A stretch of DNA of 59,424 nt from Candidatus Fervidifonticultor secundus. Lineage in GTDB: Bacteria > Sysuimicrobiota > Sysuimicrobiia > Sysuimicrobiales > Humicultoraceae. Numbering within the stretch: the stretch's first letter is position 1; every line of letters begins with the position of its first letter. The notes below the pieces were generated by a model that worked only from the letters and a program-made list of their open reading frames with translations, made no database searches and was not told where the DNA came from. The stretch spans positions 1-59,424 of the forward strand of contig JAVKIP010000019.1 of the NCBI GenBank assembly GCA_031459385.1. Direction: 5' to 3'. Of this stretch, positions 1 through 9,999 are shown piece by piece. The position numbers and the translations under genes are program-made.

Positions 1-294
1 CCGGACCGCCACCACGTCGGCCGTGGGCGGCTCGCCCAACAGTACCGAGACCTCGCCGAAGAAGTCCCCGCGCCGCAGCACCGCGCGCTGCACCCCGTCG
101 ATGCGCACGGCCGCCTCGCCGTCGAGGATGACGTAGAAGTTGGCGCCGGAAAACCCCTGGCGGAGAATGCGCTGGCCCTCGGTGAACCACTCTTCTTCGA
201 AGGTGTGGGCCACGGCTTCCAGTTCCGGACGCGACAGGTCGGCGAACAGCGCTAGCCCGGCCAGGACATCGACGACTTCGTTCCGATCCGTCAT
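1..294 (-). CDS. Cyclic nucleotide-binding (cNMP/CAP_ED) domain protein, 3' end runs off window
   Basis: Manual translation from ATG at 294 (GGAGG RBS at 301-305): MTDRNEVVDVLAGLALFADLSRPELEAVAHTFEEEWFTEGQRILRQGFSGANFYVILDGEAAVRIDG...LRRGDFFGEVSVLLGEPPTADVVAVR; typical LF.DL, FYVILDG and GDFFGE motifs. Not in ORF track. Confidence 0.9.
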   Translation of the reverse strand, partial: MTDRNEVVDVLAGLALFADLSRPELEAVAHTFEEEWFTEGQRILRQGFSGANFYVILDGEAAVRIDGVQRAVLRRGDFFGEVSVLLGEPPTADVVAVR

Positions 295-466
295 GGGGCT
301 CCTCCGACCCTCGCCTCTCGGGGAACGCATGCGCGGGCCGCGCGGCGGGGCGCGCGCCCTGACCGGCAGCAGATCACTTTGGCTTCCAGCAGCGCAACTC
401 CTGCCGGCCGCACCCCGGATGTGCGCGAACTCGCGACGCTGCGCCGGGCACCTGCAGCCCAGGCTC

Positions 467-3400
467 TCAGGCGCCGGCGCGGACCTCCTCCATGCGACGG
501 CGCGCGTGCTGGCTGTCCCACGCGGCGCCCAGACGGTCGAACGCCGTCCGGGCTATCTCCCAGACCGCCAGCGCGTCATCCCGCTGGCCGGCCGCCAGCA
601 TCGCTTCACCGAGCACCGCCTGCGCCTGCGCCACCTCGTAGGGCCGGGGGACCGCCAGCGCGGCCAGCCGGGCCAGCGCGGCGTCCGCGGCCGCCCGGGC
701 GCTGGCGGCGTCGCCAGCCCGGAGCGCTAGGCGGGCCTGCGCGCGGTCCACCCGCACCCGCGTCACCACGTGCCGGAGGCGCGCGGCACCTTCGGCGGCC
801 AGGCGCGCGGCGGCGGTCGCCGCGTCCGTCTGGCCGATCGCAGCGAAGAACTCCGCGGCGATGCCGTTCGCCTGGCACCCGCACACGATGCACCGCAGCC
901 GGTCCCGGGCCTCCAGCGCGCGGGCCATGGCGTCGCGCGCTGCATCGAGGTCCCCCAGCCGCAGGTGCGCCACGGCCAGGTCGTGGTTCAGCCAGATCGG
1001 CGCGTGGAAGCGCGGTTTGACGAGCGCCTGCGCGAAGATCGCGCGGGCCTCCTCCAGCTGCCCCCGGGCCAGGGCCAGATTGCCGCAGAAGTACGGCAGC
1101 ATGATCAGCGTGCCGAACTCGTGGATCTGGCCACCGGCCGCCTCGACCAGGCCGCGCGCGCGTTCCAGGTGCACCTGGGCCTCGTGCCACTGACCCCGGA
1201 GGAACTCGATCCACCCCAGCAGAGTGCGCAGGCGGGCCTCGTCGCTGGTGGCCTCGGCCTGCTCTGCGTGCTGCAGCGCCTGATACCCCAGCCGGATCAT
1301 CTCCTCGTCCACCTGGCTCCGCGTCCAGGCGTCGCTCAGCAGGGCTAGCGTGGCGTCACCCAGCAGCGGCTCGTCGCCTGACTGCGCGACCTGGCGCACC
1401 CACGCCCGGACCAGCACCGGGCCTTCGTCGCCCAGCAGCGGCAGCAGCGCCGGATGCGACAGCTGGCCATACGCCAGGTTGCGCTCCCGCCGGCCGCCCA
1501 CGCGCTCGGCGATCTCCACCGCCCGCCGCGCCGCGGCCAGCGCGTCCTCGTAGCGGACCTGTGGCGGCAGCATGAGCACCCGGGAGCGCACGCGGTGGTA
1601 CGCGCTCCACAGCGGGTGGTCGGCCGGCAGCAACGGTTCGGCGCGCGCCAGCAGCGCCTGCGCCTCGTCCGGCGCGTTCAGCAGCACCCTGGCATCGGCC
1701 GCTTCGACGAGCGCGCGGGCCGCACGCGCGGGCTCCTTTGCGGGGTCGACGTGGTCGATCACGGCCTGCCAGACCGCCAGGCGTTCCTGCGCGCTCCGTC
1801 CCTGCACGTGCGGGTACAGCTCGCCCAGCACCTCGCAGATCGCCGCGCGCCGGGCCCCGTCGCCCAGCTCGGCCGCGACCGTACAGGCCTGCTCCAGCAG
1901 GCCCACCGCCTCGCCCACGGCGTACCGGTCCGCGGCCAGACTGCCCGCGCGGTGCAGATACGGTAGCGCGCGGTCCGGTGCGCCGCCTCGCAGGAAGTGG
2001 GTCCCGATGGGCTTGGCCATCGCGTCGGCGCCATCACCGGCCAGGCGCTCCAGGGCCTCGGCGATCCGCAGGTGCAGACTCCCCTGGTGGCGCGTGAGCA
2101 GGCTCGCGTACGCCACGTCCCGCACCAGCGGATGGGTGAACTGATACGTAGGATCGGGCGCCAGGGGGTCCGGGCAGGCCAGCAGGTCGGCCGCCTCCAG
2201 CGCCGCCAGCGCATCCGACGTCGCTGCACCGGTGCCGGGTCCCACCGCCTCCAGCAGCGAGCGCGTAATCGACGTGCCCGCCACGGCAGCCACCTGGAGG
2301 AGCTCTCGTACGGGAGCCGGCAGCCGGTCCAAGCGCGCGAGCACCGCGGCGTGGATGGTGTCGGGCAGCACGCCCTCCACGGTCCCCCGCACCTCCACCT
2401 GGCCGCGCTCGTCGGCGACGATGATGGCGGTGTGCCGCAGGGTGGCGACCAGCTCGTTCAGATAGAACGGATTGCCGCCGGCGCGGTCGACGATGGCGCG
2501 CGCCACCGGCGGCGGCAGGACGCCGCCGGCGAGGGCCTGCAGGAGCCGCAGGCCGTCGGCCTCGCCCAGTGGCTCCAGCTGGAGCACGTGGGTCGCCGTG
2601 CGGCGGCCCCAGTGTGGCGGTTCCTCCCCTGCCCGCAGCGTGCCCACGACGAGCAGCGGCGTGGCTACGAGCCGCTCTACGATGAAGGGGAGCACCTCGC
2701 GGGTGCCGGCATCGGCCCAGTGGAGGTCCTCGATCCAGACCACGGTGGGGTGCACCAGCATGCGTCGAATCGCTTCCGCGGCCAGCAGCAGCGCGGTCTC
2801 ACGACTCACCGCGTCATCGGGGGGCACCTCGGCCAGGCCGAACAGCCGGCTGAGGACCACCGCCGCCTCCCCCGAACGTTCGCCCAGGGGGATGCGGGCC
2901 GCCACGTCCTGCACCGTCACCTGCGCCGGCAGGCCCGCGAACTGCCGGAACAGGTCGGCGAGCGGCGCCAGGCTCTGCCCGCCGTAGGGAGGGCAGGCCG
3001 TGCGCAGCAGCACCGTGCCCTCCGGGAGCGTCGCGACGAACTCCTCCACCAGCCGCGTCTTGCCAACGCCCGGGTCGCCCACCACCATGGCCACCTGGGC
3101 CCGGCCGCGCACCGCGCGCGCACACAGGTCCCCCAGCACAGCAAGGTCCGGCTCGCGATCGACGAACGGCGGCCGTGCCACGGGCTCGACGTCGAGGCCC
3201 TCGGCGATCACCTCGTACACCGTGACCGGCTCGGCCTTGCCGCGCACCTCGATGCCCCCGAGCGGGCGGCACTGGAACGCCCCTCGCACCTGGCGGTAGG
3301 CGGCCTCGGAGATCAGCACCCCGCCCTCGGGGGCCGCGCGCTGCAGCCGCGATGCCAGGTTCACCGCGTCGCCCATCACGGTCCACTGCATCCCGCCCGC

Positions 3401-3784
3401 GGGGCCCACCTGACCCCACACGACCGGCCCCGTGTGCAGGCCGATGCGCAGCCGTACCGGCTGCCCCAGCTGCCGCGCCAGCGCATCGCCCCGGGCTGCC
3501 ACGGCCCGCTGCATCGCCAGGGCGGCGCGCACGGCGCGGTGGGGGTCATCCTCGTGGGCCACGGGCGCACCGAATACGGCCATCAGACTGTCGCCGATGA
3601 CCTTGTCCACGTGCCCGCCGACCGCCGCGACCTCGGCCCCGAGGAGGGCGAAGACGTCGTTCATGGCATCGGTCACGACCTCGGGGTCCAGCCGCTCCGC
3701 GATGGCCGTGAAGCCGACCACGTCCGCGAACAGGACCGTGACGACGCGACGCTGGCTGCCCATCTCGGGGCGCGGGACGGCCAT
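467..3784 (-). CDS. Class III adenylate/guanylate cyclase - STAND/AAA ATPase - TPR-like protein
   Basis: VLFADVVGFT, DKVIGDSLMAVFG, GDAVNLASRLQ (cyclase); GDPGVGKTRL Walker A; WIEDLHWAD Walker B; GGNPFYL; helical C-terminus. Start taken at ATG 3784, just after upstream stop at 3790. Confidence 0.9.
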   Translation of the reverse strand: MAVPRPEMGSQRRVVTVLFADVVGFTAIAERLDPEVVTDAMNDVFALLGAEVAAVGGHVDKVIGDSLMAVFGAPVAHEDDPHRAVRAALAMQRAVAARGDALARQLGQPVRLRIGLHTGPVVWGQVGPAGGMQWTVMGDAVNLASRLQRAAPEGGVLISEAAYRQVRGAFQCRPLGGIEVRGKAEPVTVYEVIAEGLDVEPVARPPFVDREPDLAVLGDLCARAVRGRAQVAMVVGDPGVGKTRLVEEFVATLPEGTVLLRTACPPYGGQSLAPLADLFRQFAGLPAQVTVQDVAARIPLGERSGEAAVVLSRLFGLAEVPPDDAVSRETALLLAAEAIRRMLVHPTVVWIEDLHWADAGTREVLPFIVERLVATPLLVVGTLRAGEEPPHWGRRTATHVLQLEPLGEADGLRLLQALAGGVLPPPVARAIVDRAGGNPFYLNELVATLRHTAIIVADERGQVEVRGTVEGVLPDTIHAAVLARLDRLPAPVRELLQVAAVAGTSITRSLLEAVGPGTGAATSDALAALEAADLLACPDPLAPDPTYQFTHPLVRDVAYASLLTRHQGSLHLRIAEALERLAGDGADAMAKPIGTHFLRGGAPDRALPYLHRAGSLAADRYAVGEAVGLLEQACTVAAELGDGARRAAICEVLGELYPHVQGRSAQERLAVWQAVIDHVDPAKEPARAARALVEAADARVLLNAPDEAQALLARAEPLLPADHPLWSAYHRVRSRVLMLPPQVRYEDALAAARRAVEIAERVGGRRERNLAYGQLSHPALLPLLGDEGPVLVRAWVRQVAQSGDEPLLGDATLALLSDAWTRSQVDEEMIRLGYQALQHAEQAEATSDEARLRTLLGWIEFLRGQWHEAQVHLERARGLVEAAGGQIHEFGTLIMLPYFCGNLALARGQLEEARAIFAQALVKPRFHAPIWLNHDLAVAHLRLGDLDAARDAMARALEARDRLRCIVCGCQANGIAAEFFAAIGQTDAATAAARLAAEGAARLRHVVTRVRVDRAQARLALRAGDAASARAAADAALARLAALAVPRPYEVAQAQAVLGEAMLAAGQRDDALAVWEIARTAFDRLGAAWDSQHARRRMEEVRAGA

Positions 3785-3789
3785 CGCAG

Positions 3790-4467
3790 CTACCGGAACA
3801 GCAACCCCAGGCCCAGGGCGAGCCCGTACCCGGTCGCCGCTTCGAGCCACGGGCCGGGCTCCTGGCCGTCGGCGAGCGCGCGCACCACGAAGGGTACCGC
3901 GCCCAGCACCCACAGCGCCGGCGAGGCGAACAGCACGAACGACAGGGCCAGGCCCCGCGCCACCAGCCCCTCGACGCGGCGGCGCGGCAGCAGCCACTGC
4001 ACGGGGTCGCCCCGAGTGCCAAACGCCGCGGCCACCTGGTACAGCAGGACCGCGCCCGCGAACGTGGCGGCGACGTAGGGCACGGCGTAGTAGAGCACCC
4101 CGGTGACCGCCAGCGACCCGTACGTAACCTCACCCCGCAGCGACAGCCCGGCGCCCACCACGACCAGGCCCAGCACCGCCACGTGCAGGAGCTGGTCCGC
4201 CAGGAAGAAGACGAGGGACGCCGGGCCGCGGGAGGGACTGGCGGCGACCTTCCACCAGTCGATGAGGTAGTGCGCGACGGCCAGCACGGCAATCACCACC
4301 GGCCACCCGGGCAGAAAGGGCGCGACCAGCACCGTGGCGATTGCGGCGTGGATCACCGAATGGATCACCAGCCCCACCGGCCGCCGCTTCAGTTCCACCA
4401 GTTCGTAGGGTTGCAGGACGAAGTCAGCGATGAGGTGCGCGAGCACCAAGTACAGCCAGGCTGACAG
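3790..4467 (-). CDS. DUF3307-like membrane protein
   Basis: C-terminal part of ORF 3790..6045: AHLIADFVLQP, HSVIH, HYLIDWWK, ADQLLH motifs plus several TM helices. Start uncertain (CTG at 4467 after GAGGTG). Confidence 0.75.
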   Translation of the reverse strand: MSAWLYLVLAHLIADFVLQPYELVELKRRPVGLVIHSVIHAAIATVLVAPFLPGWPVVIAVLAVAHYLIDWWKVAASPSRGPASLVFFLADQLLHVAVLGLVVVGAGLSLRGEVTYGSLAVTGVLYYAVPYVAATFAGAVLLYQVAAAFGTRGDPVQWLLPRRRVEGLVARGLALSFVLFASPALWVLGAVPFVVRALADGQEPGPWLEAATGYGLALGLGLLFR

Positions 4468-4767
4468 GCCAGCACCTCGACGGGCGCGTCGTCGTGCCCC
4501 TAATGATGCGCCGCCGCCCGCGGAATGTCCTGCCGGCGCGCAGCGCCAGCAGGCGGGCTGCCGGCAGACGGCGCCCGCCGGTTGCGCGACAACCAAGGGA
4601 CGCCCGGCCCCGGCCCCGAATTCCCCAGCAAACCGGCCCGTTGGGGGGATACCGTGCCGCTGGCGCAGATCGCGCAGGTTGCCCGGTGATGGCCGACATC
4701 TCGGGGCGGCACCAGCGGCGGGACCTGTGGCCCGCGCTGCGGGCGCAGGGGACGTCGGTTGCCGTTG

Positions 4768-7700
4768 ATGCCCACTGAGACGGTCACCTGTTGGAACTGC
4801 GGCGCGGCCAACGCGCCCGAGGCCCGCTTCTGCGCGATGTGCGGCAAACCCCAGGGCCGCACCTGCCCCGAGCGCGGCACGCGGGTGGACGAGAGCGCGC
4901 GATTCTGCCCCACGTGCGGTATTCCCCTGCAGACCGCGACCGCCAGCACTGGCCCAGCCGTCGCGCTGGGAGAAGCGCGCAAGATCGTCACCGTGCTCTT
5001 CGCCGACCTGGTGGGCTCCACAGGGCTGACGGAGGCGCTCGATCCCGAAGAGGCCCGCGACGTCGTCGGCACGTTCTACCGCGTCGCCGAGCACGCCATT
5101 GAGCGGTTCGGCGGCCGCGTGGCCAACCTGCTGGGCGACGCCGTGCTGGCCGTCTTCGGTCTGCCGGTGGCGCACGAAGACGACCCCGAGCGGGCGGTGC
5201 GCGCGGGCCTCGCCATGCGCGATGCGATGCCCGGCCTGAACGAGCACCTGCAGGCGGCGCACGGCCTGCGCCTCGAGATCCGCGTCGGCATCACCACGGG
5301 CGAGGTGGTGGCGGCATCTGGATCCACCTTCGAGCGCGACTTCCTCATCTCCGACGCGGTCACCACCGCCGCGCGCCTGCAGCAGACGGCGGCGCCGGGC
5401 GCCGTGCTGGTGACCGACCGCACGTACCGGCTGGCGGCGGGCGCTATCGAGTTCCGACCGCTGCCGCCGCTGCCCGTGAAGGGCAAGGCGGCGCCGCTGA
5501 CCGTCTGGGAGGCCGTGACCACACGGCCGGAGCCAGCCGAGGTCCCACGCCTGGCCGCGCCGCTGGTCGGCCGGCATGCCGAGCTGGGTCTGCTGCGCCA
5601 CATCTACGAGCGCACCAGGGACGACGGCGCGATCCACCTCGTGACGGTCGTCGGCCAGCCCGGCGTGGGGAAGAGCCGGCTCCTGCGCGAGTTCCTGGCC
5701 GAAGTGCGCGACGGTGCGCCCCCGCCGCTGGTGCTGCGCGGGCGCGGCACACCGTTCGGCGGCCAGGTCGGCTACCATGCGCTGCTCGACGTCCTCAAGG
5801 GGCAGGCCGGGATTCTCGACACCGACGCGCCGCCGACGGTGCGGGCGAAGCTCGACGCCTGGCTGCGCGCCCAGGGTTCCCAGATGCCTGACCTGCTCCC
5901 TGGCCTGCTGCTGACGTTCGGCGTCGAGGACGGGCCGGTCGCCGATCCGGCGGCGCTGCGCGAGCGGCTGTTCGAGACCTGGACGACGTTGCTGCTGGGT
6001 CTGGGCGGCGACCGGCCGGTGGTCGTCGCTCTGGAGGACATGCACTGGGCCGATGACGGCACGCTGGACCTGGTGGAGCGTCTGGCCGAACGGGGCGAGA
6101 CGGCGGCGCTGTTCCTGATCTGCCTGGCGCGACCGGAACTGCTCGAGCGGCGGGCCACGTGGGGCAGCAAGGCGCGCAACGGCACGCGCATCGACCTGCG
6201 GCCGCTGCGCCCCAGCGAGTCAGAAGAGTTGGCTGTGGCGCTCAGCAGCCAGGGCCTGTCGCCCGCGGTGCGTCGGGCTGTCGCCGAGCGCGCCCAGGGG
6301 AACCCGCTGTTCGTCGAGGAACTGGTCCGGATGCTGCTGGAGGGGAGTACGCCGGGCGCGGGCATCCCCGACACTGTACAGGCAGTGCTCACCGCGCGCG
6401 TCGACCGCCTGCCGCCGGCCGAGCGCCGCGCCCTGCAGGCAGCCGCGGTCGTGGGTCGCGCCTTCTGGCCGTCCGCGGTCGCCCAGCTCACCGGGCTCAC
6501 CTCCGACGAGACCGCCACGGCGCTGCGTGGGCTCGCGGGCAAGGACCTGATCGGGCGTCGGAACACCTCCTCGATCGCCGGCGAGGCGGAGTACAGCTTC
6601 CGGCACATCCTGATCCGCGACGTGGCCTACGGCATGCTGCCCCGCGCGCAGCGCCAGCGCGCCCACGCGGAGGCCGCCCGCTGGATCGAGGCCCGCGTGG
6701 GAGAGCGCGTCGAGGAGGTCGTCCAGCTCCTGGCTGAGCACCTGACCGAGTCGGGCGACGATGCCAGGGCCGTGGGGTACCTCCAGCGCGCCGCGGCCAA
6801 GGCCTTGCGGCTCTACGAGAAGGACCGGGCGGTGGGGCTCTACACGCAGGCCCTCGACGCGGCCGCCCGCGCGCGGACCGCGCCGGCGGAGGTGGCCGCG
6901 CTCTATCTGGGCCGCGGCGACGCCCACGAACTCGACGGGCGCTATGCGGCCGCCGCGGAGGACTACGCGCGGGGCCTGGACGCAGCACGGCGGGCAGGCG
7001 CGACCCGGCTCGAAGCCATCCTGGAGACCAGGCTGGGCCTGGCCTACCATCGGCGCGCCCAGGTGGACGAGGCCGCCACACACTACGGGCGCGCGGTAGG
7101 GCTGGCCAGGGCGGCGGGCGATGCCATCACGCAGGCCCGCGCGACGGTCGACCTGGTCAACATCGCCTGGGACCGCGGCGAGGTCCGGGGCGTTCCGGGG
7201 GAACTCCTGGAGGCCATCGCGGCGCTGCGCGAGGCCGGCGAGCCTTCCGGCCTGGCCCGCGCCCTGAACCTGCTGGCCATGGTCCGGTTCTCTGGGGGCG
7301 ACGCAACGGGCGGATTGGCGGCCGCAGGCGAGGCGCTGGCGGTGGCGCGCCAGTCCGGCGACCGGCAGCGGGAGGCGACGAGCCTGAGCTACCAGAGCGT
7401 GATCAACACCTTCTGGGGGCGGTATGCCGAGGGCGTCCGGCTGGGACGCGCCGCCAACGTCCTGGCCGAGGAGATCAAGGACCCCCGCCGCGTGGCGTTC
7501 ACCACGAACTTCGTCGCGCGCGGGCTGATCGGGCTGGGCGAGTGGGGCGAGGCGCTGCGCATCCTGGAAGGGAGTCTGCCGTTGGTGCGCGACGTGGCCC
7601 CCATCCACGTGCCGTGGTCGCTCTTCTATCTGAGTATGCTGTGCTACGAGCTGGGTGACCCCGCGCGGGCTCGGCAGGCCCTGGCCGTCGCGCCGGTCAC

Positions 7701-8235
7701 CGCCCCGCGGCACCCGTCCTGGCGCGAGGCCGAACTCCTCTGCCACCTGTACATCGCCCGCGGCGAGCGAGACCGCGCCGCCCTCGATCGTGTGCTCGAC
7801 GAGCTCGTGGGACTGCCCTCGGGCATCTTCGTGCCCGATGACGCCGAGGCGATCCTCCCGGTGGGCGAGGGACTGCTGGAAGCGGGTCGGCGCGACGACC
7901 TCACGCAGTATCTGGAGCGCCGGCGCGTGTCGGTGGAGACGTTCGGAGCACCAGCGCACGTCGCCGGCCTCGCCATCGTCGATGCCCGCCTGGCCGACGC
8001 GGCGGGACGCACCGGAGCAGCGCTCGACCTCCTGGAGCAGGCGCTCGGGCATAGCCACAGCGTCGGCGACGTCGTCTCCGCCCGGCACGCCTACGCGCTG
8101 CGCCTGGCCCTGCGCCCCAGCGACGACGACCGGACGGCGCTGCGCAACCTGCTCCTGCGCGTGGCCTCGACGCTGCCCGACGGCGTGCGGGAGTCGTTCG
8201 TGCAGGCCCCGGACGTCGCGCCCCTGCTGTCGTGA
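4768..8235 (+). CDS. Double zinc ribbon - class III cyclase - STAND/AAA ATPase - TPR protein
   Basis: CWNC/CAMC/CPER/CPTC N-terminus; VLFADLVGST, GDAVLAVFG, AHEDDPERAVRA; GQPGVGKSRL; LEDMHWAD; GNPLFVEE; TPR-like C-terminus. Confidence 0.9.
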   Translation: MPTETVTCWNCGAANAPEARFCAMCGKPQGRTCPERGTRVDESARFCPTCGIPLQTATASTGPAVALGEARKIVTVLFADLVGSTGLTEALDPEEARDVVGTFYRVAEHAIERFGGRVANLLGDAVLAVFGLPVAHEDDPERAVRAGLAMRDAMPGLNEHLQAAHGLRLEIRVGITTGEVVAASGSTFERDFLISDAVTTAARLQQTAAPGAVLVTDRTYRLAAGAIEFRPLPPLPVKGKAAPLTVWEAVTTRPEPAEVPRLAAPLVGRHAELGLLRHIYERTRDDGAIHLVTVVGQPGVGKSRLLREFLAEVRDGAPPPLVLRGRGTPFGGQVGYHALLDVLKGQAGILDTDAPPTVRAKLDAWLRAQGSQMPDLLPGLLLTFGVEDGPVADPAALRERLFETWTTLLLGLGGDRPVVVALEDMHWADDGTLDLVERLAERGETAALFLICLARPELLERRATWGSKARNGTRIDLRPLRPSESEELAVALSSQGLSPAVRRAVAERAQGNPLFVEELVRMLLEGSTPGAGIPDTVQAVLTARVDRLPPAERRALQAAAVVGRAFWPSAVAQLTGLTSDETATALRGLAGKDLIGRRNTSSIAGEAEYSFRHILIRDVAYGMLPRAQRQRAHAEAARWIEARVGERVEEVVQLLAEHLTESGDDARAVGYLQRAAAKALRLYEKDRAVGLYTQALDAAARARTAPAEVAALYLGRGDAHELDGRYAAAAEDYARGLDAARRAGATRLEAILETRLGLAYHRRAQVDEAATHYGRAVGLARAAGDAITQARATVDLVNIAWDRGEVRGVPGELLEAIAALREAGEPSGLARALNLLAMVRFSGGDATGGLAAAGEALAVARQSGDRQREATSLSYQSVINTFWGRYAEGVRLGRAANVLAEEIKDPRRVAFTTNFVARGLIGLGEWGEALRILEGSLPLVRDVAPIHVPWSLFYLSMLCYELGDPARARQALAVAPVTAPRHPSWREAELLCHLYIARGERDRAALDRVLDELVGLPSGIFVPDDAEAILPVGEGLLEAGRRDDLTQYLERRRVSVETFGAPAHVAGLAIVDARLADAAGRTGAALDLLEQALGHSHSVGDVVSARHAYALRLALRPSDDDRTALRNLLLRVASTLPDGVRESFVQAPDVAPLLS

Positions 8236-8238
8236 CCT

Positions 8239-9120
8239 TCATCCCCACAGGATCATGACCGTCCCGGCCAGGGCCAGGAGCGTCCCCAGCACCAGCCCCG
8301 GCGTGATCCGCTCCTGCCCGGGTAGCACCAGCGGGCTGGCCATGATCACCACCAGCGCCTGCAGGTTGTAGAGCGCCGCCACCGTGGCGGCCGGCGCGCG
8401 GCTCAGCCCCACGTAGAGCAGCAGCAGCGCCGCGGTGTTGCACACCGCACTGCCCAACAGGTCGGCCCGGCCCAGCGAGGCGGCCGGCCACCGCGCCGAG
8501 TGCCGGCGGGTCGACCACAGCAGGTGCGCCGCCAGCGCCGAGGATGCGCCGATCGCCGCACCGAGAACCGGCGCCGGGGTCAGGACCAGTGCCAGCCGGC
8601 GCATCGTGTCCCCCAGGGCGAACGACGCCGCGCTGATGATCGCCAGCGCCAGCCCCGAGAGGCTCGCCGGGGAGCGACCCGCTCCGGTGGCCGGCGCCGG
8701 GGCCCACAGCGTGAGCCACAACCCGACCGTCACCACGACGATGCCGCCGGTCTGCCACGGGCGCGGGAGTTCCCCGAGGATCACCAGCCCAAACGCCAGG
8801 GTGAAGACGCTGTTGGTCAACCTGACCGCGCTCGACAGCGACGGCCCCAGGCGCTCCACGCTCATGTAGGAGAGGTTCCGTCCCACCAGCGTGCCGGCCA
8901 GCCCGCCGGCGATGAACAACGCGACGGATCCCGCGTGCACCGGCGGCAGCGCGCCCCGCCAGGCAGCCAGCGCGGCCAGGATCGAGAAGACCACGACGTT
9001 CATGGCGATGCTGACCAGCGCGCCGGCTTCGGGCGGGACCGCCACCATGAAGCGGCGGGCCAGGATCGTGCTCATCCCGAAGGCCAGGGCCGCGCCCAGG
9101 CCCGCGGTCTCACCGATCAT
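8239..9120 (-). CDS. DMT/EamA family transporter
   Basis: About 10 TM segments in two repeats (LVILGE, LVLPGQERIT); start at ATG 9120 (MIGETAGLG). Confidence 0.8.
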   Translation of the reverse strand: MIGETAGLGAALAFGMSTILARRFMVAVPPEAGALVSIAMNVVVFSILAALAAWRGALPPVHAGSVALFIAGGLAGTLVGRNLSYMSVERLGPSLSSAVRLTNSVFTLAFGLVILGELPRPWQTGGIVVVTVGLWLTLWAPAPATGAGRSPASLSGLALAIISAASFALGDTMRRLALVLTPAPVLGAAIGASSALAAHLLWSTRRHSARWPAASLGRADLLGSAVCNTAALLLLYVGLSRAPAATVAALYNLQALVVIMASPLVLPGQERITPGLVLGTLLALAGTVMILWG

Positions 9121-9215
9121 GGATCGCGCCCGCACGGCGGCCGCCCGGCGGCCGATGGTACGGGTGGGCGTGCCGCGCCGGCACGACGTGTCCATGGGGG
9201 TGCGAGAGCCAGGCC

Positions 9216-9914
9216 ATGCGTCACCACAGTCGCCCACCGGCCGGCTGCGCGGCGCCTCCTGCGGGGCGGCCAGCCGGCCTGACGCTACTGGAAGTCGTGC
9301 TGGCCCTGGGTCTGGCCGCCCTGGCCGCTGCGGCCTGGACCGGCGTCCTCGTGGCCGTGCTGCGCTCTGGCGTGGCCCTGGAGCACCGGCTCGACGCGCA
9401 GTACCACGCGCGGCGCGCGCTTGAACGCATCACGGAAGAGGCGCGGTGGGCCGAGGCGGTCGTCGCCGATCCCGGCTGCCCGCCCGCGGGCCTGTGCGCC
9501 GACCGTCTCACGCTTCGCGTGCCGGCGGGCAATCCCTACCGCGGCCTCGAGGCCTACGAGGTACGCTTCCAGCACAACGCCCCACGGCAGGAGGTCGAGC
9601 GCCGCGTGGGCGGCGGCACCAACAACCTGGCCGGTGCCATCGCAGGCCTCACTGTGACGTACCTCGACGCCGACGGTCTCCCGGCCGGCGAGCCGGCGAC
9701 GGTGACCCGGGTCCGCGTCGCCCTCACGGCGGCCCGCCGCGGCGCGCCACCGCTCGTCGCGGAGAGCGACGTCCTGCTGCGCAACCGACGCCCGCCGCCT
9801 TCGCCGGCGCCGACGCCGATCGGCCCGCGCCCATCGCCTCGGGCGCCAGGTGCGCCGCTGGACGCCGATCGCTGGACGCCGCCCGGCGCACCCCGTCCCG
9901 TGCAGCCCCGGTGA
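9216..9914 (+). CDS. Prepilin-type N-terminal cleavage/methylation protein (minor pilin/pseudopilin)
   Basis: AG|LTLLEVVLALGL class III signal with E+5, hydrophobic helix, Pro-rich C-tail. Confidence 0.8.
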   Translation: MRHHSRPPAGCAAPPAGRPAGLTLLEVVLALGLAALAAAAWTGVLVAVLRSGVALEHRLDAQYHARRALERITEEARWAEAVVADPGCPPAGLCADRLTLRVPAGNPYRGLEAYEVRFQHNAPRQEVERRVGGGTNNLAGAIAGLTVTYLDADGLPAGEPATVTRVRVALTAARRGAPPLVAESDVLLRNRRPPPSPAPTPIGPRPSPRAPGAPLDADRWTPPGAPRPVQPR

Positions 9915-9999
9915 CCGCCCCAGCCGGCGCACGGCGCAGCCGCTCTGCCCGCCGGGACGCCCGACCCGCCGCCGTGGCGGGAGCGGCAGCCCGCGCCCC

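Noticed and set aside
363..407. Hairpin CCGGCAG...CTGCCGG upstream of the cNMP gene as a riboswitch
   Set aside because: A short GC stem is expected by chance; no known aptamer consensus; better explained as a promoter region.
4468..6045. N-terminal ~525 aa of ORF 3790..6045
   Set aside because: Antisense to the plus-strand cyclase; only the C-terminal DUF3307-like part looks real.
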